NCBI GenBank assembly: GCA_045863855.1
Contig: BTVV01000097.1
Location: 1-24,043 of the forward strand
DNA from: Planctomycetota bacterium
GTDB taxonomy: Bacteria > Planctomycetota > SZUA-567 > H5-PLA8
DNA: 24,043 nucleotides
Direction: 5' to 3'
The notes beneath the pieces were generated by a model. It made no database searches. It was not told where the DNA came from and saw only the letters and a program-made list of their open reading frames with translations. Below are positions 16,057 to 24,043 of this stretch, piece after piece. How positions within the stretch are numbered: position 1 is the stretch's first letter; the number at the start of each line of letters is the position of its first letter. The position numbers and the translations under genes were made by a program.

Positions 16057-17808
16057 TTATTCGTCCGGCGGCGACGGCGGCTCCAGCAGCAGCCGGCTGT
16101 AGCGCGCGAAGTCCAGGTCGCGCGGAGTCGTCCAGCCGCGCCGCAGCGTCTCGGCTTGCAGGAAATCGATCTGCCGGCGCACCTCGTCCATGCGCCCCAT
16201 CGCTTTCAAGATCACCGCCTGCGCGACCATGTACTGCACACGCCGCAGATTCGTCTCGATGTCCGGGCACTCGCCCGCGCGGCGCAGCGCCGCCAAAGCC
16301 TCCTCGCGCCACACCCGCGCCTGCTCCAAATCCTCGGGCTTGCCCTGCGAAGCGCGCTGGTTCGCGATCACGCCCAGCGACAGGCCCAGGTAGCCGTGCG
16401 CGAACGAGCACTCCGGCTGCACCGCCGCCGCGCGCCGGAAAACATGAATGTCGCTCTGCCAGAACGCCGCCGTCCGCGCGCCCAGCGCCGCCCACAGCAC
16501 GGCCAGACCCAGCGCCAGGAGCCACCCCGTGCGCGCGGCGACGCGCCCGCCCAGCCGAGCGTGCAGCCCGCGCGCGCACTCCACCAGCACCAGCCCCAGC
16601 CCCGGCAGCGAAAAATACAGATACCGGTCGTGCATGTACTCCGAATTCGGAACCAGATTCAGGTACGTCACCATCGCGCCGAAGAACCACGCCCAGCCGA
16701 AGCACGCGAAGCGCCGGCGCTCTTCGCTCGCCGGCAGCCAAAGGCTCACCCCCAGCGCCCCCGCCAGCAGCGCCGCGTAACCGAGGAACGTGGCGTCGAA
16801 CGGCGACTCCGGCGCCACGACGGCGTAGTACGTCGAAAGGTTCCAAGGGCACGCGGCCAGCAGCAGGTAGCGCGCGACGATCTCCACGTCGCCCAGCAGC
16901 GTCCCGAACCACGAACCGCCCAGCCGGAAACCCAAGCCCTTTTCGGCGGCGTGCCAGTTCTCGCGCAGGAAAGGCAGCGCGAGGACCGCCAAGAGCCCCA
17001 GCGGCAGCGCGATGCGCGCCATGCGGCCCAGAAACTCCCGCGGCTCGTGCAGCCGCGCGCGCAGGTCCGAACCGAAAAGCCGCTGCGGCCCCAGCAGCAC
17101 CTCCCACGCCGCCAACAGCGGGATCAACCCCGCCGCCGAGATTTTGCTCGCCAACGCCAGCGCGTACAGCACCCCGACTCCCAGCCAGGAAGCCAGCGCC
17201 ACCCCGTCCCACGGCAGGTCCCCGGAAGGCTCGCCCGGCAGAGGCGCGGCGGGCTCCCGAAGCCGCGCCTGCAGGTACAACGCCAGCGTGCAGGACATGA
17301 AGAAGCCCGCGAGAATCGATTTGCGTTCGGCGATCCAGCATAAATTTTCGCATTGCAGCGGATGAAGCAGGAAAATCGCCGTGACCAGAATGGCCGCCGC
17401 GCCGCGCACCTTCAGTTTCGGCAGCACGCCGTGCCACAACGCCAGCCCCGCGAGCAGATGAAAGAGTCCGCCCATGATTCGCGTGAAACCGGCCCAGTAC
17501 GCGAAGAGGTTCTCGTCCCGCACCTTGAAGACGTCGGTCAGCATCTGGCGTTCGAAGCGGTGCGCGAGCAACACGGCGGGCTGGTACAGTTCGAGTTCGT
17601 TGTAGAAGAGCGCTTCGTAAACCGTCTTCTCGCCTTTTACCACGGGGTTGTTGACCACGAAGCGGTTGTCGTCGCGCCCCGAAAACGGTGCGTCCCAGCT
17701 CGGCGCCAGCAAAGCCGCGCTCAGCACCGCCAGCAGCAGAAATCCCGCGACCTCGTGGGGCGCGTGCGGCGCCTCGAGCGCGACGCCGGGGGTTGCCGTT
17801 TCGGACAT
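16057..17808 (-). CDS. TMTC-like GT-C membrane glycosyltransferase with a short C-terminal TPR-like region, 583 aa
   Basis: FSGRDDNRFVVNNP (DD motif after TM1), YQP, LLHPLQCENLCWIAERK, ALASK, DRYLYFSLPG, RTAAFWQSD; about 11 TM segments; helical C-terminus. Start placed at ATG 17808. Confidence 0.8.
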   Translation of the reverse strand: MSETATPGVALEAPHAPHEVAGFLLLAVLSAALLAPSWDAPFSGRDDNRFVVNNPVVKGEKTVYEALFYNELELYQPAVLLAHRFERQMLTDVFKVRDENLFAYWAGFTRIMGGLFHLLAGLALWHGVLPKLKVRGAAAILVTAIFLLHPLQCENLCWIAERKSILAGFFMSCTLALYLQARLREPAAPLPGEPSGDLPWDGVALASWLGVGVLYALALASKISAAGLIPLLAAWEVLLGPQRLFGSDLRARLHEPREFLGRMARIALPLGLLAVLALPFLRENWHAAEKGLGFRLGGSWFGTLLGDVEIVARYLLLAACPWNLSTYYAVVAPESPFDATFLGYAALLAGALGVSLWLPASEERRRFACFGWAWFFGAMVTYLNLVPNSEYMHDRYLYFSLPGLGLVLVECARGLHARLGGRVAARTGWLLALGLAVLWAALGARTAAFWQSDIHVFRRAAAVQPECSFAHGYLGLSLGVIANQRASQGKPEDLEQARVWREEALAALRRAGECPDIETNLRRVQYMVAQAVILKAMGRMDEVRRQIDFLQAETLRRGWTTPRDLDFARYSRLLLEPPSPPDE

Positions 17809-17869
17809 GGCGGTACGATAGTGGGGTTCCGTCGAAATGGGAAGTCTAGCAACCCGGAAGGAGTTACGC

Positions 17870-18760
17870 GTGGCCGCGAACGTGCTCTGCGTCGGCGAAG
17901 TGCTCTGGGACGCCCTGCCCGCCGGGCTCTTCCTGGGCGGCGCGCCGGTGAACGTCGCCTGCCACCTGCGCGAACTGGGCGTCCCCGCGCGCTTCCTCAG
18001 CCGCGTCGGCAACGACGAACTGGGGCGCGAGATCGCCCGCCGCGTGCTTCGCCGCGGGCTCGATACGGACCTGCTCCAAGTCGATCCGCTCCTGCCCACC
18101 GGCTTCGTGAAGGTGGACCTCGACGCGCAGGGCAGTCCGCGCTTCGAGATCCTCGCGCCCGCCGCGTGGGACGCGCTCGAAGCCGCTCCCGCCGCGTCGG
18201 CCGCCGCCGCCGAAGCGCGCGCCATCGTCTTCGGCAGCCTGGCGCAGCGCGACCCGCGCGCCCGCGCGGCGCTGCAAGCCCTGCTCAAGCCGCGCCCCGG
18301 ACTGCTGCGCGTCTTCGACGTGAACCTCCGCCCGCCCTACGACGATCGCGCCGTCGTCGAAGCCGGACTGCGCTGCTGCGAGGTCGCGAAGCTCAACGAC
18401 GCCGAACTGCGCACGCTCGCCGGGTGGTTCGGCCTCCCCGACGCCGCGCTGGAAACGCAGGCCGAAGCGCTCGCCGCACGCTTCGGGCTCGCCACGCTTT
18501 GCGTCACGCGCGGATCGGCCGGCGCTTTCCTGCGCCATGCGGGAAGCTCACACGCGCATCCCGGCTTCCGCGTCACGGTCGTGGACGCCGTGGGCGCCGG
18601 CGACGCCTTCCTCGCCGCGCTGCTGGACGGGCTCTTGAAAGGTACGCCGCCGGACGAACTCCTGCGCGCGGCCAACGCGCTGGGCGCGTACGTCGCCACG
18701 CAGGCCGGCGCGACGCCGCGGCACGATCCGGAGGCGTTGCGGCGGTTGCGGGGCGCCTGA
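17870..18760 (+). CDS. PfkB-family carbohydrate kinase (fructokinase-like)
   Basis: GEVLWD, GGAPVNVA, VGNDELG, FDVNLRPP, KLNDAEL, VTRGSAGA, DAVGAGDAF. GTG 17870 follows AAGGAG; ATG 17837 is an alternative start. Confidence 0.92.
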   Translation: MAANVLCVGEVLWDALPAGLFLGGAPVNVACHLRELGVPARFLSRVGNDELGREIARRVLRRGLDTDLLQVDPLLPTGFVKVDLDAQGSPRFEILAPAAWDALEAAPAASAAAAEARAIVFGSLAQRDPRARAALQALLKPRPGLLRVFDVNLRPPYDDRAVVEAGLRCCEVAKLNDAELRTLAGWFGLPDAALETQAEALAARFGLATLCVTRGSAGAFLRHAGSSHAHPGFRVTVVDAVGAGDAFLAALLDGLLKGTPPDELLRAANALGAYVATQAGATPRHDPEALRRLRGA

Positions 18761-18797
18761 GCTTGCCAACCCACCCCCGCCCTCGCACCATACTCCC

Positions 18798-20603
18798 ATG
18801 CTCGCCGAACTGACCGTCGAAAACCTGGTCCTCATCGAACGCGTGCGCCTCGAACTGGACGCGGGCTTCAACGTCTTCACCGGCGAAACCGGAGCGGGCA
18901 AAAGCCTGCTCATCGACGCGTTGAATCTCCTCTTCGGCGCGCACGCGTCCGCCGATGCGATCCGCCCCGGCGCCGACCAGGCCGCGGTCTCCGCCCGCTT
19001 CGTCCTCCACGACGCCGAGATCGTGCGGCACCTGGAACGCGAACTGGGCATCCAGTTCGATCCGCCCCCGCCCGGCCCCAAGGGCTCCGCCGCATGGGAA
19101 CTGGTCGTCTCGCGCGCCGTCCCGCGCGAAGGGCGCGCGCGTGCGCACGCCAACGGCCGCCCCGTCGCGCTCGCCGCGCTGAAGACCCTGGCCGAGAACC
19201 TGCTCGATCTGCACGGCCAGCACGAGAACCAGTCGCTCCTGCGCGCGCACACGCGCCTGGAGATTCTCGACCGCTTCGCCGGGGCCGAGGCCGAACGCGC
19301 CGCCGTCCGCGACGCCTGGGACCGCGCCCGCGCCGCCGCCGACGCGCTGGCCGATCTGCGCCGCGCCGCCCGCGACCGCGAGGGACGCCAGGATCTCTAC
19401 CGCTTCCAGTACCGCGAACTGCAGGACGCGCGCCTCGACGAGTTCGATCCCGCCGTCCTGGCCGACGAACTGAAGGTGCTCCAAAGCGCCGAACACATCC
19501 AGGCCGCCGCCGCCGGCGCGGCCGAACTCCTCGACGGAGACCGCGAGGCCACCGCCGCCCTGCTCCTCGCCCGCGCTCAGAAAGGCCTCGATTCCCTCGG
19601 CGACGCCGGCGCCGAGGCGCAGAGCCTCGCCGCGCGACTCGACGGCCTGCTGGCCGAAATCCGCGAACTCGCCCGCGACTGCGCCGCCCTCGCCGAGAAG
19701 GCCACCCACGATCCCGAGCGCCTCGCCGAACTCGAAGACCTCCACGCCCGCGCGCGGCAGCTCGAACGCAAGCACGGGCGCGACGTCGAAGGCCTGCGCG
19801 CCCTGCGCGACGACCTCAAGGCCCGCCTCGGCGACCTCGACCGGCTCGACATCCGCACCGGCGAACTCGAGGCCGCGCTCGAAGCGGCGGTCAAGCATCT
19901 GCGCGGCTCGTCCGCGAAGCTGACCAAAAAGCGCGCGGCCGCCGCGCGGTCGCTCGAACGCTCCGCCGCCGCCGAACTGGCCGATCTGGGGCTCAAAGGC
20001 GTGCGCCTCGAACTCGCGCTCGTCCCCCATGCCGAACGCGAGAGCGGCGACGACGGCGAAGCCGCCCGGCTGCTGCCCGGCGAGTTGCGCGTCCACGGAG
20101 CGGAGGCGTGCGAACTGCGCTTCAGCGCCAACCCCGAACTGCCTTTGAAACCCCTCGCCGAATGCGCCAGCGGCGGCGAACTCTCCCGCGTCATGCTCGC
20201 GCTCAAAACCGTCCTCGCCAAAGCCGGCGGCGCCGACCGCCTGCCGGTCGTCGTCTTCGACGAAGTGGACACCGGCGTCGGCGGGCGCACGGGTTCGGTC
20301 CTGGGCCGCAAGCTCGCGGCCTTGGCGCACGTGCGGCAGGTGCTCTGCGTGACGCACCTGCCCCAGGTCGCCGCCTATGCGCACCGGCAGGTGAAGGTCG
20401 AGAAGCTCCCGCCCGCCGGACGCAAGGGCGCCCTCGCGCAGGTGCAGGCCACGGTCCTGGACGAAGCCCGGCGCGTGGACGAACTGGCGTTGATGCTCCG
20501 CGGCGAAGCCGCCAGCAGCCGCACGCGGGCCGAAGCCGCCGAGATGCTTAAAGCCGCCCGCGAGGAAGCGCCGCCGGCCGCCAGAACTCGCCGAAAGGCT
20601 TGA
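18798..20603 (+). CDS. recN: DNA repair protein RecN, 601 aa
   Basis: TGETGAGKS, DLHGQHE, central coiled coil, ASGGELSRVMLALK, VFDEVDTGVGG, CVTHLPQVAA. Confidence 0.96.
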   Translation: MLAELTVENLVLIERVRLELDAGFNVFTGETGAGKSLLIDALNLLFGAHASADAIRPGADQAAVSARFVLHDAEIVRHLERELGIQFDPPPPGPKGSAAWELVVSRAVPREGRARAHANGRPVALAALKTLAENLLDLHGQHENQSLLRAHTRLEILDRFAGAEAERAAVRDAWDRARAAADALADLRRAARDREGRQDLYRFQYRELQDARLDEFDPAVLADELKVLQSAEHIQAAAAGAAELLDGDREATAALLLARAQKGLDSLGDAGAEAQSLAARLDGLLAEIRELARDCAALAEKATHDPERLAELEDLHARARQLERKHGRDVEGLRALRDDLKARLGDLDRLDIRTGELEAALEAAVKHLRGSSAKLTKKRAAAARSLERSAAAELADLGLKGVRLELALVPHAERESGDDGEAARLLPGELRVHGAEACELRFSANPELPLKPLAECASGGELSRVMLALKTVLAKAGGADRLPVVVFDEVDTGVGGRTGSVLGRKLAALAHVRQVLCVTHLPQVAAYAHRQVKVEKLPPAGRKGALAQVQATVLDEARRVDELALMLRGEAASSRTRAEAAEMLKAAREEAPPAARTRRKA

Positions 20604-20716
20604 GCGCCAAGGATCTACAAGAACAAGCCTATTTCGCCCAAAACCCTTTTTTGCTCGACAAAGCCGCATCGCTCTCCTAAACCGGGTATACTTCAATCGG
20701 TTGGGAGGGTTCGCCC

Positions 20717-21280
20717 TTGTCGGGTCGCCCGGTCCGTACGCAGCAGGTCAATGCCGACGAACGCGTCAAACGCGCTTTCGGCATCATGAACGACATCCGA
20801 TCCAAGCTGTACCGCCGGCTGGCCGATTACGTGTTGGCCAACGAAGGCCGGATGCGCGCCGAATCCCTCAGCGAAGACACCTATTCCTTCACCCTGCAGC
20901 AGATGGAAGATCAGTTCCTCAACAAGCTCAACGTAGTCGAGCGTGCCGTGGCCGAATTGGCGCGCAGCGAGCAGCAGGAAGGCCAGCCCACCACCACCAC
21001 CTACGAGACCATCGAGATCGTCGCCAAGCGCGAGGAACTCCCGCAGAAGATCGCCGATGCGCTGGCCGAACACGGCGAAAGCGACTTCCTCGACATGAGC
21101 GTCCTGCGCGCCGACGATAAGCACGCCGAAGTGATCCTGGTCCTGGCGCGCGAAGAGCCCGCCGGCGAGATCGTCGAAGTCGAAGAAAAAAGCGAGCAGG
21201 CCGCCGAGGCCGCGTCCGAGCCCAAGGCCGAAAGCAAGAGCGAAGGCGAAGACCGCGGCGAGACCGACGATATCCTGTAA
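20717..21280 (+). CDS. Hypothetical acidic cytoplasmic protein, 187 aa
   Basis: TTG start behind GGGAGG (20703-20708); TATACT at 20687-20692; strong GC3 bias; helical N-half, small alpha/beta segment, Glu-rich tail. Confidence 0.75.
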   Translation: MSGRPVRTQQVNADERVKRAFGIMNDIRSKLYRRLADYVLANEGRMRAESLSEDTYSFTLQQMEDQFLNKLNVVERAVAELARSEQQEGQPTTTTYETIEIVAKREELPQKIADALAEHGESDFLDMSVLRADDKHAEVILVLAREEPAGEIVEVEEKSEQAAEAASEPKAESKSEGEDRGETDDIL

Positions 21281-21399
21281 CGCCGCCGTTCCCCGTTCCG
21301 GGCGCAGGAATGCGCCGCCCCCGATCCGACATACGCTTCCAGCCCCCCCCTCCGCCCGGCATGGCGGGGAGGCATCGCCTGGAGTACAACCGATAGGCC

Positions 21400-22260
21400 A
21401 TGAGCGACCCCGCCGCCATCCCCGCACCCGGCCCCGAAGCGCGCGCCAAGCTCGCCCGCCTGGAAGAGATCCTCCGCGGCTACGGCTCGGTCCTGATCGC
21501 GTACTCGGGCGGCGTCGACTCCACCTTCCTGGCGGCGGTGGCCGGACGGGTGCTGGGCGAGGCCGCGCTGGCCGTGACGGCGCAGTCCGAATCCCTCGCG
21601 CCGGAGGAGCTGGAGGCCGCCCGCGGTTACGCGCGGAGCTTCGGCTTTCGCCACGAAATCGTCCGCACCGACGAACTGAACGATCCGAACTACGCCGCCA
21701 ATCCGCTCAACCGCTGCTACTTCTGCAAGGCCGAACTGATGGGCAAGCTCGCCGGGATCGCCGCGGCGCGCGGGATCGCGTACGTCGCGCTGGGCGCCAT
21801 CGTCGACGATCTGGGCGACGACCGCCCCGGCGAAGCCGCCTCGCAGGAACGCGGCGCCGTCTTCCCGCTCCGCGAAGCCGGGCTGTACAAGCGCGAGATC
21901 CGCGCGCTCAGCCGCGAATGGGGGCTGCCCACCTTCGACAAGCCCGGCGGCGCGTGCCTGTCCAGCCGCATCCCGTTCGGCGAACCGGTTACGGCCGAAA
22001 AGCTGAGCCAGATCGCGGCGGCCGAGGCCATCCTGCACCGCGCCGGATTCGAAGCCTGCCGCGTTCGCCATCACGGAGCCGTCGCGCGCCTGGAAGTCCC
22101 GCCCGGCCGTTTGGCCGAACTGATCGAGCGGCGCGAGGCGCTGGTCCCGGCGCTGCGCGAACTGGGGTTCGTGTACGTTACGGTCGATCTACTGGGCTTG
22201 CGCTCGGGCTCGCTCCACGAGGCCGTCCGCGCCGGCGCCGCGGCACGGGATGCGCGCTGA
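21400..22260 (+). CDS. larE: LarE-family PP-loop ATP-dependent sulfur transferase, 286 aa
   Basis: PP-loop AYSGGVDS, NPLNRCYFCK, DDLGDDRPG, PLREAGLYKREIR, ACLSSRIPFG, CRVRHHG, GLRSGSL. Confidence 0.9.
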   Translation: MSDPAAIPAPGPEARAKLARLEEILRGYGSVLIAYSGGVDSTFLAAVAGRVLGEAALAVTAQSESLAPEELEAARGYARSFGFRHEIVRTDELNDPNYAANPLNRCYFCKAELMGKLAGIAAARGIAYVALGAIVDDLGDDRPGEAASQERGAVFPLREAGLYKREIRALSREWGLPTFDKPGGACLSSRIPFGEPVTAEKLSQIAAAEAILHRAGFEACRVRHHGAVARLEVPPGRLAELIERREALVPALRELGFVYVTVDLLGLRSGSLHEAVRAGAAARDAR

Positions 22261-22264
22261 CCTC

Positions 22265-23497
22265 ATGAACGACGGAACCGCCTCCGAACCGGCGCAGACC
22301 ACCCCGCCGTCCGCGCCGCGCCCCGACGAATCGTCTTCGCGGCCCATGGCCGTTCCCGAAGACGTGCCGGGCGAAGAGGACGCCAGCGCCGCCAGCGTAA
22401 TCGCCGACCCCAAGCGCGAGTCGGGCGAGAATCCCGCGCCTTTGCGCAGCCCCGAAGCGCACGCGCCCAAGCCGCTCCCGCACACCCCCGCGCCACGGCC
22501 GCCGATCAAGAAGCCGCCGCCCCCGCCGCCGCCCGAAGAAGACCCCGAGGAACCCGGCGAAGTACGCATGGGGTTCCTCGATCACCTCATGGAACTCCGC
22601 AAGCGGCTCTTCGCCGCCATCGTCTCCGTACTGGCCATGACCGTCCTCTGCCTCATCTTCCACAAGCCGATCTTCGATTTCCTCTTCGCGCCGCTGGAAA
22701 CCGTCAACCGCACCTTCCGCCAGGACGACGAACTCCTCACTTCGGTGATCTGGGTGCATCTGCCCGGCGAAGCGCGCGAGAAGATCGAAGCCGCGGGCAT
22801 CGACGGCGAGCGGCGCACGAAACTCCTCCTGTGCTACCGCGATCCCGAGAACTGGGCCGTACAGGAAGCCGAAGGCGCGCCGGCCGACCTGGTCGCCTTC
22901 CTGAAGAAAATCCTGATCGACGTGCACCGGCCCGTCGTGGAACCCATCAGCACCGACCCGCTGGGCCTGATGATGATCCTGATGAAGGTCTCGGTCTACG
23001 CCGGGCTCCTGCTCAGTTCGCCGATCGTGCTCTACGAACTCTGGTCCTTCGTCGCGCCGGGCCTGCGCCAGAACGAACGTGCGGCCATCCGTCCGGTCTT
23101 CGCGGCCGGCGTCATCTTTTTCATGCTGGGCGCCTCGTTTTGCTACTACATCATCTTTCCCATCACCATCCAGTTCCTGGTCTGGTTCGATATCTACCTG
23201 GGTTTCAAGCCCAGCTACGTGCCCGAGACGTACATGGGCCTGCTGCTTACGTTCATGATCCTCTTCGGCGCGATGTTCGAGATCCCGCTGGTGGCGGCCG
23301 TGCTGGCGCGGCTGAAACTGCTTCACTCCAGCACCCTGCTGCGCTACTGGCGCTACGTGATTCTGACCAGCTTCATCTTCGGCTCGATCCTCTCGCCCGG
23401 CAGCGAAGTCATCTCCATGCTGCTTATGTCCGGAACGCTCTTGTTCCTCTACGCCATTTCCATCGTCCTCACCATGATCCTGTATCCGAAGTCCTGA
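22265..23497 (+). CDS. tatC: Twin-arginine translocase subunit TatC with long N-terminal extension and loop insertion
   Basis: MGFLDHLMELRKRL, PIVLYELWSFVAPGLRQNE, FEIPLV, WRY; 6 TM pattern. Start uncertain (22250, 22265 or a later ATG). Confidence 0.9.
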   Translation: MNDGTASEPAQTTPPSAPRPDESSSRPMAVPEDVPGEEDASAASVIADPKRESGENPAPLRSPEAHAPKPLPHTPAPRPPIKKPPPPPPPEEDPEEPGEVRMGFLDHLMELRKRLFAAIVSVLAMTVLCLIFHKPIFDFLFAPLETVNRTFRQDDELLTSVIWVHLPGEAREKIEAAGIDGERRTKLLLCYRDPENWAVQEAEGAPADLVAFLKKILIDVHRPVVEPISTDPLGLMMILMKVSVYAGLLLSSPIVLYELWSFVAPGLRQNERAAIRPVFAAGVIFFMLGASFCYYIIFPITIQFLVWFDIYLGFKPSYVPETYMGLLLTFMILFGAMFEIPLVAAVLARLKLLHSSTLLRYWRYVILTSFIFGSILSPGSEVISMLLMSGTLLFLYAISIVLTMILYPKS

Positions 23498-23647
23498 CGG
23501 CCTGCCTTCGGGCGCCTGCTCATGTTCCTGAAAGGGCTCTGAAAAATCCGGGTGTCCCGCGCGCCGCGCGGGCGGTTACAATCTCCCATGATCGAGATAC
23601 AATGCCCAGCGGTGTCGCATAAGCAGGATGGCGGGGGTGAGCCGCGC

Positions 23648-24043
23648 ATGATTCAAGGCGTTCGCCGGCCGGAAGAAGCGCAAGGCCTCGGGCTCAGCCG
23701 CCGGCTGATGGTCCGAGTCGGCGCGCTGCTCAAGAAAAAATTCGAGATCACCGCCACGGTCCTCGAATCGGCCAAGCCCGATTCCCCGCTGGAACGCCTG
23801 CTCCTCGACCCGGCCCTGCTGGCCGAGGCCGAAACGCTCGACGCCGGGCGCTTCGCCGAACTGCTTAAGACGCACGCGGCCGAAAATGCCCCATCGGGCC
23901 TGACGCTCGAATCCGGCGCCGAGGGACGGCGCGTGCTCTGCTACGCCGAGGAACTCGAAGCCGCGGGCGGCTGGGACGCCGAGCCCGAAGCCCCGGCCGA
24001 AGCGCCCCACGCCGAGACGGGCGGCGCGCTGGCCGTCAGCGCC
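23648..24043 (+). CDS. Hypothetical protein, runs off the right edge
   Basis: Hand-translated, absent from the ORF track: MIQGVRRPEEAQGLGLSRRLMVRVGALLKKKFEITATVLES...; open for 132 codons with GC3 bias; GGGGGTGA SD-like sequence 7 nt upstream; in-frame ATG 23588 also possible. Confidence 0.65.
   Translation, partial: MIQGVRRPEEAQGLGLSRRLMVRVGALLKKKFEITATVLESAKPDSPLERLLLDPALLAEAETLDAGRFAELLKTHAAENAPSGLTLESGAEGRRVLCYAEELEAAGGWDAEPEAPAEAPHAETGGALAVSA

Noticed and set aside
18761..18797. LexA/SOS box upstream of recN
   Set aside because: No palindrome or known LexA motif (CTGT-N8-ACAG, GAAC-N4-GTTC, GTTC-N7-GTTC) is visible in the 37 bp gap.
15339..20696. Overlapping Arg/Pro/Ala-rich ORFs (653, 484, 486, 707, 485 aa) and the N-terminal 160 codons of the 743 aa ORF
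   Set aside because: Off-frame or antisense shadows of aroF, the TMTC-like gene, the PfkB kinase and recN.
21301..21372. GGCGCA-GGAA-TGCGCC tetraloop hairpin, C8 run and second stem before larE as a riboswitch or phase-variable tract
   Set aside because: No recognisable riboswitch consensus; the stems are short and the C run is intergenic with no supported promoter around it.
23504..23513. GCC-TTCG-GGC mini-hairpin after tatC as a terminator
   Set aside because: Only a 3-4 bp stem and no U-tract.
1..24043. CRISPR array, tRNA/rRNA, IS or prophage, anti-phage defence genes
   Set aside because: No repeat-spacer array, cloverleaf, transposase, integrase or nuclease motifs seen; the two methyltransferases lack DNA-MTase motifs (DPPY/NPPY, PC).

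Overview
GC-rich bacterial chromosomal window. A PVC/Planctomycetota-like origin is only a guess from gene style. Left third (minus strand, 1-7897): der GTPase, then a surface-polysaccharide operon: EPS-associated MarR-type regulator, wzm, wzt with a C-terminal accessory domain, two SAM methyltransferases, a GT-B fold protein and a GT4-like glycosyltransferase that runs off the left edge (missing from the ORF track). Codon usage and GC drop inside wzt just after the Walker B/D-loop, which suggests the distal part of the operon was swapped in by recombination. Middle (plus strand): an FtsB/DivIC-like gene, a ~55 bp very AT-rich patch with a 25 bp palindrome, then two large secreted proteins that look like unclassified glycoside hydrolases, with a 60 aa membrane peptide between them. 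Right half is mostly housekeeping: DAHP synthase, a TMTC-like GT-C glycosyltransferase, a PfkB kinase, recN, an acidic hypothetical protein, a LarE-family protein, an enlarged TatC and a partial hypothetical CDS. I found no rRNA, tRNA, CRISPR array, transposase or integrase. All family calls come from motif recognition by eye; no database search was run.
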